NCBI GenBank assembly: GCA_043228905.1
Contig: JBHGNT010000005.1
Span: 2,418,001-2,482,000 of the forward strand
From: Azolla caroliniana
Lineage: Eukaryota; Plantae; Polypodiophyta
Direction of reading: 5' to 3'
DNA length: 64,000 nucleotides
The notes beneath the pieces were generated by a model, which saw nothing but the letters and a program-made list of their open reading frames with translations, made no database searches and had not been told where the DNA came from. Each line of letters opens with the position of its first letter. Position 1 is the first letter of the stretch. A program made the translations under genes and the position numbers. Positions 22,724 through 33,765 of the stretch are shown here, piece after piece.

Positions 22724-24759
22724 AAATCCATTCTCACTTGGGACAAGAGTTCCCTCTTGTTCCTTTCGTGATTTGCCGGCACCGTTAGGAATTGGACGGA
22801 TTTCCCTCCGTTTTGGCTCCGAATTCGCGCAAAAGCCGCACCACTATCGAGCACCTTCGTCTCCATCCGTGAAGCCGTGATAAAGGGTTGGCCGAGGATG
22901 ACAGAATGTGAAACCTCATCCTGCACAAAGAAATTTTGGTCAATTTCGACATCCCCGATCTTTACTGTCACATCCGGACAAGCCGCAAATAGGTCTTCTG
23001 TCGTTTTCGTGGCTGCCCGAATCTTCCATCCATGGTTGGTGTTTATAGGCCACTTCCCCTTTCGGTAGAACTCCTTGGACATCAAGTTGATCTCCGATCC
23101 GTGATCAATCAATGCTAGCACGGGTTCTTTGATGTTGCCGATTCGGACCGGAGTCTCCGTAGTCGCACGTGCCCAGTGTGGCCTTGTATAGTGGGAGTCC
23201 GGAATTTCGCCTTCCACTTCGGTGTCGTTCATTGAAACGGTATTTGCATTCACCCTTGGAGCATTTTCCTCCGTACTTTGTCTCTTCCTTTTCACGAGAT
23301 CCACGAGAAGATCGTGAAACTCCTTCTTCGCTATTCCGAGTAGTTCCCGCAGCGAAAAATCTACCCGGCTATCCAAGATTCTTTCCTCGAACACTCTTTT
23401 CAAGTCGGTTTGTTGTTCTATGTCCGAGGCGAGCTTGAATGCCGGAGTCGCCTTTTCTTTTCCCTTACCTCCGGAGTTCCAGCTTTCCGGTATCTTCGAT
23501 GGTCCGGCCGCATCCTCCGTGCGCCGTCGTTTCTCGTCCACATACACCTCATGTAATTGACACAGGGCGTATATGCTATTCTTATCGACAGGGCATCCCC
23601 ATCCCGTAGCTTCCCGGACGCCTTCCGCGGTGTTTCGGATATCGTTGGAGTCGGTTTTCTCGGTGTTTCTTAGCACCTCCGGCCAGAAAGACGCCTTCGC
23701 TCCCGTTGACTCCCCGACACATATTCCCGCGGTTGTCGCATAGTTGCTTCTTGCCGCTAACTCCTCCTCGAGCACCTTCTTCATGCCGCCTTTCCGGAAG
23801 TTCGGTCGGAGTGGCTTCCGAGAGTCCATCGAATGAATCCGGTTTCCCTCGTAGTAGATGAGATCCCGTCGTAGCGCCTCCTTATGGTCGTCGCAATCCC
23901 TCCGATCGTGTTCGGCGCTATCGCACCATATGCACCGTCGATCCGTATATTTGGAGCTTGTGGGGCGGTCATCCGACTTCTTCACGATCGCGATCTTTAG
24001 ATTCTCCATCTCCTTCAGCAGCTACTCCACCGTAGACGCGTCGACTCCCTTCTCGGCCGTAATCTCCCGAGCCCTCGGCTGATGGTCTTCCAGTCCCGTT
24101 CTCGGTTTCGGAATCGGTTCCGAAACCCTCTTTTCTTCGTTGGCAAGCCATTGCCCCCTCTTCGTGTACCGCGCGACGATATCCCGCACGCTTTCCCATG
24201 TTTCGGTGAGGCCGCTTTCGGTGGTCGTGTCCTCAAGAAGCACTCCGAGATCTTTCCGGTCCCGGACGTCCACAGCTCGCAAAAACATGATGACTTTGTC
24301 CGGCGCAAGAATAGTTTGATCTCTCGCGGACAGCCTCCCGAACCGACTTTCGAATGTCGAAAACACTTCGAGGACCTTCAACCCCTTACCTGACGTTTCC
24401 ACCCAATCCTCGAATCCCCTCCGCGTTGCCTTGGAGGAGTCCTCGATGGCAAACGTGGTCTTTAACGCCTCTTCGAATGCTTCCCACGTCGGATTTTGTT
24501 GTTGCAACCCGTGGATACTCCCTTGAAGCCCGTCGGTCGCCACCCGGTTAAAGGATGTCACTTGCAGTCCTTCCGAAGCCCGGCACCGGAGCATCTCCGC
24601 CTTGTAGTCCTGCAAATATCGCGACACATCCTTACCATTAAATTGCCCGTTGCGTTGCACGAGCCGCTCTACTGATGCCGAAATCTCCGACATCGTGCGT
24701 TGTTCTTGAAGCATCCGTTCGAACATCGCCATCATATTGTTAGCTTGTTGAGCCTCCAT
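22720..24759 (-). CDS. Element C gag-protease, with one in-frame TAG at 24022-24024
   Basis: FNGKDVSRYL gag motif, CCHC knuckle CIWCDSAEHDRRDC, protease LIDHGSEINL...ILGQPF; the two tracked ORFs are in one frame. Confidence 0.88.
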
Positions 24760-24797
24760 CTCCTTGCCACCCGTCTTCACGTTGGGTTCACCAACTG

Positions 24798-25652
24798 TGT
24801 CGTGCCTTTCGGCTCCGGATCGTTGCGTGAGTCGGGTGGGAACCACAGAGGTCTTGGACTAGGAGAAAGAAGTTCGTGAGATAGAGATTAATTATGAGTA
24901 AATAGCAAAGAGAAAGATAAGAAACTCGTGAATCACACGAGTATACTATATTAATTGGTACTTAGGGTGTTAAGAGAGAAGTAGATGTATAAATCGTGAA
25001 TCCCACGAATAATTTTTGTATTGGTTAATACTTAATCCAAATAATCAACAACCCTTTACATATTTCTCTCCTCCTTATATAAGGAAAGAAGAGCTAAGCA
25101 TGGCTTCATGCCGTTTTTTTTTTTTTACAAAAAGTGTTCATGTCCACTAAATGTCCATGTGATGCTTTTTTATTTCCTAAGTATAGGGCTCATGCACGCT
25201 AGATGTGCATGAGTTATTTTTAGTGTCTCGCGTTTTTCTTTTTCATATATTAAAAAAATACACGATTTACCTTTTAATAAAGGTATGCATAAATAAAGGT
25301 CTTATACGTATTAAATCTATATTTAAAACACTTAAGATAAGTTAATGTAATGGTAAGGTTGGGGTTTGTCAACGTGGAGGTGCAGAGTTCGAATCACGCC
25401 CTGCGCAGTAGTGAGTATTTCCTTTCTTTTTACATTTATGTCTCTTTCTTTTTACATTTGCCGGTATGCCGTTTTCTTCCTTGCCGGTATGCCGTTTTCC
25501 TCCTTGCCGGTATGCCGTTTTCCTCCTTTTCGGTATGCCGTTTTCCTCCTTGCCGGTATGCCGTTTTCTTCCGGTTCTCACCGAGCACTCCATTCTCTAT
25601 CCGGAGGGACAAAAATATAATTTCCACATAGTGTGCAACCTACACTACGACA
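24798..25652 (-). repeat. Element C 5' LTR (855 bp)
   Basis: Adjacent to PBS at 24776-24793. Confidence 0.95.
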
Positions 25653-27064
25653 ACGCTATTTGTGGTGCATCGATTCATGAGATAGACGGCCGTGGATGCC
25701 GCCTCCGCCCAATAGAAGTTCAGCATGTGCTTCTCACGCATCATGGCGCGTGCTACCTCGAGTATTTGCCGATTCTTTCTCTCGGCTACTCCGTTTTGTT
25801 GGGGAGTGTGTCGGCATGAGAATTCTCTACGAATGCCTTCACCTTGGAGGTAAGAGGTGAACTCGTCGGAGAAGTACTCCTTTCCTCCGTCCGATCGTAG
25901 GCATCGAATGTGCCGACCAGTTTCTTTCTCCACTTGGCTTTTGAGCCTTTGAAAGTGGGAGAGCACTTCGCTCTTCTTCTTCATCGGGTATATCCACGCG
26001 TAGCGCGAGTGGTCGTCGATGAAGGTGACGTAGTAGCGGCATCCGCCGAGCGTCGACGTTTGAGCCGGTCCCCATATGTCCGAGTGTATGACGTCGAGGA
26101 GGCCTTTGCTTGTGGAGCTCTCCTTCGGGAATGGGAGTCGATGTTGTTTGCCGAGTTGGCATGCTTCACACACTTGGTCGACTCATTTTGATTCGAAGGC
26201 CGGGAGTCCGATTACGACTCCCTTTGATTGCATTCCGCGAAGCCGTTGGAGGTTTACGTGGCCGATTCGCTTGTGCCACAACTCGATGTTTGTCTCGGTC
26301 TTGAGACCTTTGGCGTACATGGCTGATTTTACATCGTTTGAGTCGAGGATGAACAAGCGACCGTCTCTCCGTCCCTTGGCTATGAGTCAGTCGTCTTTCT
26401 CGATGAAGCAACCTTCATTGTTGAAGCGAACTTGCATGCCTTCCTCCACGATTTGGCCGACCGAGACCAAATTCTTTGTTATTGTGGGCACGTGCAAGAC
26501 ATTCTTGATGCAAGTTTGCTCGCCTTCTTTCCCGAATGGGACATCGCCGATGTGCCGAATGGGATGCGGAATGTCGTCTCCGGTCTCTATGTAGCCGGGT
26601 CGATCCGGCCTTCGCAAGTCGCGAAAACCACTCTTGGTGTGACGTCATGTGGTGTGAGGTGCCGAAGTCTACGAACCACGCGTGTTCGGAGTTGGAGTTG
26701 CTTGCGGAGTTTGCGGGATCGGAGGCCATCATAGAGTTCGCTCTATGCCTCATCACGAAGAGTCCGCCGTAGTCCGCGTATTCCGCGTTCGCGACGTAAT
26801 TTGTGAGTTGCCGGCTTGTTGAGGTCGACTCACTTCATCTTTTTCGGCACTCCTCTTCGCGATGGCCGATTTTGCCGCAGTTGTTGCACGTAGGTGGCAT
26901 CGTTCGCCGACCTTGTTCGGCGTGGAAGCTCCCCCTTCTTGTGAAGTTTCCTGGATGGCTTCCGTTTCCTTGCTGAAATTGTGAATTCCCTTTGTGGGAT
27001 AGGTCGAATTGACCTCTTCCGCGTCGACCTTGTCTATGGGCACCATCTTTATCGGAGAAGAGCA
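25653..27064 (-). pseudogene. Element B zinc knuckle, protease and integrase core
   Basis: CNNCGKIGHREEEC, WFVDFGTSHHMT, CEACQLGKQ, FIDDHSR, RSDGGKE, NGVAERKN; frameshifts. Confidence 0.88.
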
Positions 27065-30000
27065 TGTTGGAGACAATGTCGTCAATGCGGAAGATCTAGA
27101 AGCATTCGATTCTTCTGAATACCTGCGTATGACTGTTTCTATGTCGTTGCACAGAGAGAGAGAGTGAGAGAGAGAGACACAAAAGAGTTCTTTATTCATA
27201 AACAAGAATACAACAAGCCCCCCAACCTCACAAAGAGGTTACAAGGTCACTATATATAGGGACCGACTTAGGGCAACTGCCCTTTATGCTAATTACATAA
27301 ATGGCCAGAACGGGATAGTGTGAATACGTCCATTATACACTTGTATTCGACACTCCCCCGTAATGGGCGTATACATGGGTTATCTAAGATTACAGGTATA
27401 GACTTAGGTTCTCGGACATATCAGCTTTGTTCGAGTCGGCAGGGTCCGAAGGCAGAAGACCGAACTGGTCGGGTCGGAACAGTTGAAGCCGATCATTAAG
27501 GAACTGATGTCGGTTGTCGGGAACCATCCTGCTCTGTGTCCGGCTCTAACCGGACTGGTTTGTCGTTACGCCCATCTGATGCCGAAGAGACCGAAAGCGG
27601 TCTGCCGAAAGACACTTGGTCATTCCATCTGCGACATTGTTGGTTGTGGATATTTTCTCTAGACCGATTTTCCCTGAAATGACGCAGTCCCGAACGAAGT
27701 GATATCGAACGTCGATATGTTTGGAGGCGTTGTGGTGAACCGGATTTTTCGACAAGGCAACAGCACCTTGACTGTCGCTGTAGACAACTGGAGCCGAGTC
27801 ATGGTCGACTTGTCGAAACGTGTGCGCCAGCCGACCGAGCCACAAAGCTTCTTTTGCTGCGTCGGACGCAGCTACATATTCTGCTTCGGTCGTTGAGGTC
27901 GCTGTGCACTCCTGAAGTTTCGACTTCCACGAGATTGCTCCATTGCCGAATTTGAAGCAGTATCCGGTTGTTGATTTCCGACTGTCTATACAGCCGGCGA
28001 AGTCCGAGTAAGTGTAACCGACTACGCCTGAGGTTCGGTTCGGACCGAAAAGAATGCCGTGGTCTTTTGTGTCAGCTAGATATCTAAACACATGCTTGAC
28101 TGCGTTCCAATGCGATCGGCCAGGGTTGTGCATAAATCTGCTAACGACTCCTACGGCATGAGAAATATCAGGCCGTGTCGCGACCATCAGGTACATAAGG
28201 GAGCCGACTGCCGGTGCATACGGTACCGACTTCATATATTCCCCCTCCGGACCGGATGTCGGGCAGTCTCGCTGAGAGAGCCGAAGATTCATGGGGAGCG
28301 GGGTTGAAGCAGATTTGGCTGATTGCATGTTGAAGCGTTCCAAGACACGTCCGATATAGTCGGTCTGAGACAAAAAAAGATGTCGTTTATCGCGATGCCG
28401 ACTAATCTTCATGCCAAGTATGTGTCGTGCCGGACCGAGGTCCTTCATGGCAAACTTCAACCGCAGTTGCCGAATGAGATCGGCAAGTTCGCCCGCGTGG
28501 CGTCCAGAAAGTAGCATGTCGTCCACGTAGATGATGAGGAAGATGGGTGATCCATCTTGAGCTGTGTTGGTGAAAAGACAATGGTCCTCATCGCTTTTTG
28601 AGAAGCCGATCGATTGGATGAAGTCGTCGAACTTCTTGTACCATTGTCGCGGTGCCTGTTTGAGGCCGTATAGACTCTTCCTGAGTCGGCAGACTAGATG
28701 TTCTTGGCCAGTTGCCACGAAGCCTTTTGGCTGCTCCATATAAATTTCCTCGTCAAGATCACCATGGAGGAATGCTGTTTTGACATCTAGCTGAATCAGC
28801 TCCAAGTTGTCGGCTGCCACTACGCCGAGTAGGAAACGAAGGGTTGTCATTTTCACCACTGGTGAAAAAATCTCGTCGAAGTCGACGCCGTATTCTTGTC
28901 GGAAGCCCTTCGCAACTAGTCTGGCCTTGTACTTTGGGGTGGTCGAATCAGACGTCTCTTTTAGTCGATAGACCCATTTGCAAGGAAGAGCACGTCGGTT
29001 CCTAGGTAATTCGACCAGATCCCAAGTCTTGTTTGCCCGAATGGAGTGCATTTCCGACTCCATCGCCAGATGCCAGGTGGCTGAATCGACAGATGTCGAT
29101 GCTTCCTCGTAAGACGTCGGTTCGCCGGCGTCGGTGAAGAAAATTCCAGGAGAATACCTCTCCGGAGGTTGCGACAGTCTCTCGGATCGTCGGGGTATGG
29201 CTGGACTGGTCGCATCGGGTATCGAGGTCGAATGGTCCGAAAGCGAATCATTCGGCTGTGCCGAGTCGGAGTTGTCCGAGTCGGGAGTGTAAGGTTCAGC
29301 TACCCGTGAAGCTGACCGTGTGTTAAGAGCAGGGCCTTCTTGAAGGGTCGGCACATCGGAAAATGTTACCCTTCGGACTTCAATCGGTTTTTCGACTGAT
29401 GGATTCATAGCCGACTCGTTGAACACAACGTCCGAACTTCGAACGATTTGTCTGCGTTCGGGGTCCCAGAGTCGGTATCCCATTTCGCCGTCTGATCCAT
29501 ATCCAAGGAAAATGCATTTCCTGGACCGAGGTGCAAGTTTTCGGCGATCATCTTTCGGAATAAGGGCGTACACCTCGCATCCGAAGATCCTCAGCTTGTC
29601 GTAATTCGGCTTACTGCCGATCCATAGTTCCTGAGGAATTTGAAGTCCTAGAGGTCTACTTGGCGACATATTGATTATGTGTACTGCCGTGAGTAGAGCC
29701 TCTGCCCAGAAGCCATCCGACAGTCCGGAGTGTTGGAGCATGGAAACTATCCTTTCTTGGATTGTCCTATTCATTCGTTCTGCAATCCCGTTTTGCTCCG
29801 GACTGTGTGGTGCCGTAAATTCACGTCGGATGCCGCGTTGTCGGCAGAATTTGACGAATTCTTCGGATTTGAACTCTCCCCCATTGTCTGTCCGAAAGCA
29901 TTTCAGTTTTCGGTCGGTTTGATTTTCTACCATAGCGAGCCAGTCTGAGAAGATCGAGAAGACCCGATCTTTGGTGCGAATCGGATAAGCCCACACCTTT

Positions 30001-32436
30001 CGAGTCGAATCGTCAATAAAACTGACGAAGTAAGAGGCACCGCCGAGAGACTGATGCGGCATTGGGCCACAGACGTCCGAGTGGACTAAATCGAGAGGTC
30101 TCGTGTCTCTTGGTGCTGATGTCGGGTGTGAGGCGGCTGCTTGTTTGCCATACTGGCAATGCTCGCAGAATTGATGGTCCGAGAAGGAGAGTTTAGGGAT
30201 GTATCCGGCTCTAGATAGGTGCGTAATGCCGGCCTTGCTGAGGTGTCCTAGTCTTCTGTGCCATAGTGATGACACAGGAATATCCACCAAAAACAGGTTA
30301 CCCTCTCTGAGCGTAACATGTAACGGATACAGTGAGTGTATCTTGGGTCCTCTAGCAAGCAGGAGGTTCCCCCTGTGGAGTGTCCACCCTCCCGAAGAAA
30401 AACCGGCACGAATGCCGTCTTCATCTAGTTGTCCGACTGAGATCAATGGCCTTGAGAGCTCGGGTACATGTCGGACATTGTGGAGTACAAGTGTAGAGCC
30501 ACCTGCAAGGTTGAGCTCTACTGTGCCGATTCCGATGATGTCACAGTGTTGTGAGTTGCCGACTCGAACTGAGTCGGAGTGACGGATCGTATATTGCCGA
30601 AATTGGGATCGATGAGGAGTCACGTGAAATGACGCGCCCGAATCTAAGAGCCATGTGCTCGATTCTTCAGTCGTGAGTAGAACTTCTGATCCGACTGGAT
30701 TTTCGATTGATAGTATATTCGGGTCGTCCGGTAGTACATCAGCTGAGAAGCTGACGTAATTGATCTCCTCATGCCGGCCACTCTTCTTGTTGTTCTTGTT
30801 CTTGAGTGCGCGGCAGTCGGCTTTGATGTGTCCGGGTTTCTTGCAATAGTTGCAGATTCGGTTATCCCGTGACTGGCTCCGTCTTCGCTGATTGTTCGGC
30901 GGCCGTGAGGAATCTCTACCTCGTATGTTCGATCGGTCTGTCGAACCTTGTACTACGTAAGCGTCGTCTGTTGAGTCTTTGGCGAAAGACTTTCTCCGAG
31001 CTGCTTCGGTCAGGATTGCGCTCGTGACTTCGGAGTATTTAACAGCCGTGGTTGACGTGTTGCACACAGTTGTGACAAAAGTTTCCCATGATGAGGGAAG
31101 GCTGCTCATGAGTATCATTGCTCTGAGTTCATCCTCGATTGCCGTCCCCTGTGACGAGATTTGGGAGCTTATGCTTTCGTACTCATTGAGGTGTGCTTGA
31201 ACCGAATCGGATTCTTTCATCCGCAAGTTGTAGAGGCGTCGGATCAGAAACATCTTCGTTGCAGCGACCTTCTTTTCGTAGGTGTCCGACAGTGTTTTCC
31301 ACAGTTCGAATGCTGTCGTACACGATTGCACCGTAAAGTATACCGATTCCGATAGGTGCATCCGAATCGTGGCGCGGACAATTCTGTCCAGCTTCTGCCA
31401 CTCAATTGGTTTGTATCCTTCTGGAGGTTCTTCATTTTCGATGGGATCGATCTGCCCCTTGACTATGAGATAGTCCTGCATTTGTTCCTTCCAGAAGTTG
31501 AAGTTCGATCCATCGAACTTTCGTAGACTCATTTCTGACGAGCCGGATGTTGATGCCATCAAATTCGGTTTTGGTTGACGAAGCTCGGTTCGGAGTTGAC
31601 CACGAACCTTGTTGGAGTGCAGCCGGTTGGCTCACCCGATATCGTTGTAGTCGGATTTGAACCCGAGTCGGTTCGGCTTCGGAACTTGCTCGAATACCGA
31701 TTATTGAAACCGATTATCTGGACCGATTCTGCTTCGGTTGACTGCAGCAACGAGAGAGACGGATCCAACTGATCCTCCCGAATGTCGATCAGCCAGATGA
31801 AGCACGAATTTGGGTTGTTGTCTTGAGACCGATCTGCACCGAGTGGTTACAATGAGCGGCGAGCAGCGTTTGATGACCTCTTCGGATGCCGTTTAACCGA
31901 ATGGAGCACGATCGTGTCAAAGTTGCACAAGGAGATTTCACCTCGAGCGATTACGATCACAAGGAACAGAGTACAACCTGATGGCTTACTCCAAGCAAGA
32001 ATGATCTAACGCGATGAGATGCAAACCTGGTTTTTCTTCTTCTTCTCTCTTTCTTCGAATGACGCGAATACTGTGCAGGCCGTGATGAAGTGAAGAACCG
32101 AATGCTGTGCAGTCGGTGATGACGGCCGAACCTAGCTCTGATACCAGATGTTGGAGACAATGTCGTCAATGCGGAAGATCTAGAAGCATTCGATTCTTCT
32201 GAATACCTGCGTATGACTGTTTCTATGTCGTTGCACAGAGAGAGAGAGTGAGAGAGAGAGACACAAAAGAGTTCTTTATTCATAAACAAGAATACAACAA
32301 GCCCCCCAACCTCACAAAGAGGTGACAAGGTCACTATATATAGGGACCGACTTAGGGCAACTGCCCTTTATGCTAATTACATAAATGGCCAGAACGGGAT
32401 AGTGTGAATACGTCCATTATACACTTGTATTCGACA
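27065..32436 (-). mobile_element. Element D: full-length Ty1/copia LTR retrotransposon (Tnt1/Tork-like)
   Basis: 288-bp LTRs (27065-27352, 32149-32436) with one mismatch seen; TSD GAGCA; PBS TGGTATCAGAGC (32135-32146); PPT CGGGGGAG. Confidence 0.96.
27546..31562 (-). CDS. Element D gag-pol polyprotein
   Basis: Uninterrupted 1338 aa: CNYCKKPGHIKADC, WLLDSGAS, integrase D,D,E, RT YVDD, RNase H KHIDVRYHF. Confidence 0.96.
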   Translation of the reverse strand: MMASTSGSSEMSLRKFDGSNFNFWKEQMQDYLIVKGQIDPIENEEPPEGYKPIEWQKLDRIVRATIRMHLSESVYFTVQSCTTAFELWKTLSDTYEKKVAATKMFLIRRLYNLRMKESDSVQAHLNEYESISSQISSQGTAIEDELRAMILMSSLPSSWETFVTTVCNTSTTAVKYSEVTSAILTEAARRKSFAKDSTDDAYVVQGSTDRSNIRGRDSSRPPNNQRRRSQSRDNRICNYCKKPGHIKADCRALKNKNNKKSGRHEEINYVSFSADVLPDDPNILSIENPVGSEVLLTTEESSTWLLDSGASFHVTPHRSQFRQYTIRHSDSVRVGNSQHCDIIGIGTVELNLAGGSTLVLHNVRHVPELSRPLISVGQLDEDGIRAGFSSGGWTLHRGNLLLARGPKIHSLYPLHVTLREGNLFLVDIPVSSLWHRRLGHLSKAGITHLSRAGYIPKLSFSDHQFCEHCQYGKQAAASHPTSAPRDTRPLDLVHSDVCGPMPHQSLGGASYFVSFIDDSTRKVWAYPIRTKDRVFSIFSDWLAMVENQTDRKLKCFRTDNGGEFKSEEFVKFCRQRGIRREFTAPHSPEQNGIAERMNRTIQERIVSMLQHSGLSDGFWAEALLTAVHIINMSPSRPLGLQIPQELWIGSKPNYDKLRIFGCEVYALIPKDDRRKLAPRSRKCIFLGYGSDGEMGYRLWDPERRQIVRSSDVVFNESAMNPSVEKPIEVRRVTFSDVPTLQEGPALNTRSASRVAEPYTPDSDNSDSAQPNDSLSDHSTSIPDATSPAIPRRSERLSQPPERYSPGIFFTDAGEPTSYEEASTSVDSATWHLAMESEMHSIRANKTWDLVELPRNRRALPCKWVYRLKETSDSTTPKYKARLVAKGFRQEYGVDFDEIFSPVVKMTTLRFLLGVVAADNLELIQLDVKTAFLHGDLDEEIYMEQPKGFVATGQEHLVCRLRKSLYGLKQAPRQWYKKFDDFIQSIGFSKSDEDHCLFTNTAQDGSPIFLIIYVDDMLLSGRHAGELADLIRQLRLKFAMKDLGPARHILGMKISRHRDKRHLFLSQTDYIGRVLERFNMQSAKSASTPLPMNLRLSQRDCPTSGPEGEYMKSVPYAPAVGSLMYLMVATRPDISHAVGVVSRFMHNPGRSHWNAVKHVFRYLADTKDHGILFGPNRTSGVVGYTYSDFAGCIDSRKSTTGYCFKFGNGAISWKSKLQECTATSTTEAEYVAASDAAKEALWLGRLAHTFRQVDHDSAPVVYSDSQGAVALSKNPVHHNASKHIDVRYHFVRDCVISGKIGLEKISTTNNVADGMTKCLSADRFRSLRHQMGVTTNQSG

Positions 32437-33042
32437 GAGCATTTGTCCTTCCGATGTGTTGGTCTTTGGTTGAACGTGGTTTTCTTCGACCAATAGTATT
32501 GATTGGAGGTTGAAGAACGAGGGAGGGGTATCTCTCGCCAAGATTGCCGTTCTCAACGTGTTGAATCGTTGTGCGAGGCTGCCCAAGCATACTTGCACCA
32601 TCTCATCCTCGTCAATGTTGACGTTGATGAAGCCAAGAGAGTCGCAAATGCTCTTGATCTTGACGGTGTAGTCTGTCATGGACATTTCTTTTTGTCGTAT
32701 GTTGTTCAACTCTTGCCGGAGTTGAAGCTTGTGCGCAGATGTGTCCGCAGCGTAAATCTTCTTGAGATTTTCCCACGCCTCTTTGGGCGTCTTGGCGTCA
32801 CGAATGTGGCTAAGCATGTGGTCGTTTACACATGTTGCCAAGCAATACATTACCCGACTCGTGCCTTGCTCCCACGTTGGGTAGTTGGCGTGTGTGGGTT
32901 CGGGTTTGTTTTCTTGTGCGCCGTTGATGTAGCTCCAATACCCTTGGCCGACAAGGTATTGATTCATCTTGTACTCCCAAGATGAATAGTTGCTTCGGTC
33001 TAGCTTTTCGCTAGGGAGTGAGCTTCCCATTTGTTTGTTCAT
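32437..33042 (-). pseudogene. Element B gag N-terminal part (interrupted by D)
   Basis: KLDRSNYSSWEYKM copia gag motif; rejoins 27064 in frame across the TSD (QML|FSD). Confidence 0.88.
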
Positions 33043-33218
33043 GTTGATTGTTGTGTCTTCCGTTTTGTTTTTCTTCTCTTGGTCGCGTACACGTCCTTCG
33101 TAGCGGCACTACGGTAGCGGATAACGAATAGCCGGGATTTGTCGTCGGCGTCTCGAACACACAATCACGAATAAGCGGTGGGCTTAGTGGATTTCCTAAA
33201 CCACGCGCTCTGATACCA

Positions 33219-33760
33219 TGTTAAGTAATTAGGTAATTAACTAGGGTTAATTAGTGACTAATTATATGGTTACGTTAAGCAGCGGAAAATTAGTATGATA
33301 TGCACGTGAGAGTGTGTGAGAGGAAGTTACACTTGAACACAAAGATAAATGGGAGATGATTGACTATATTGAAAAGTGTCATCACATACAAAAATACCCA
33401 CAATGAGGTATATATACAACCCATGTGCAAAGGTGCACATGTGTGAGTAGAACATAGGTACTTATGTGTAAGTCCTACATTAAATGTACTAAGGAGTGGA
33501 GGATCTAGAATATCCTATTTAAAGGCTTAAGGTCAACACATTAACTAGATTTGATCTAGGTAACTAGTAAGTTACATGTGTTGACTAACTAGATTAAACT
33601 AGTTGAGCTTGATATCTCAACACGCCCCCTCAAGCTCAAGTGTGAGGCGTCCAACGTCCGGTTTAGCTTCCTTCGGCTTCGTCGGCATCGGTGCGGCTTG
33701 CGGCTTTCTTCGCGGTGTTGCGCGGCTTTCTTCGCGTCTTCGCGGCTTGATATCTCAACA
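33219..33760 (-). repeat. Element B 5' LTR plus aberrant 138-bp outer extension
   Basis: LTR 33219-33622, then a copy of 17270-~17395, then a second GCTTGATATCTCAACA terminus and the TSD. Confidence 0.85.
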
Positions 33761-33765
33761 CTTTC

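Larger units (their letters stand above)
18274..25652 (-). mobile_element. Element C: young non-chromoviral Ty3/gypsy LTR retrotransposon (Phygy/Selgy- or fungal-like)
   Basis: LTRs 18274-19130 and 24798-25652 nearly identical with TG..CA ends; TSD ACGC; PPT GGAGGGGGTGAG; PBS TGGTGAACCCAACGTGAA; gag-PR and RT-RH-INT ORFs. Confidence 0.95.
16830..33760 (-). mobile_element. Element B: non-autonomous Ty1/copia LTR retrotransposon (RT/RNase H deleted)
   Basis: LTRs 16830-17269 and 33219-33622; PBS TGGTATCAGAGCGC (33205-33218, tRNA-iMet); PPT GAGGGGGCG at 17270-17278; TSD CTTTC; gag, protease and integrase remnants. Confidence 0.9.

Noticed and set aside
19390-31772. Many plus-strand ORFs within elements C, B and D
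   Set aside because: Antisense to pol in GC-rich sequence; no evidence for an extra or env-like gene.
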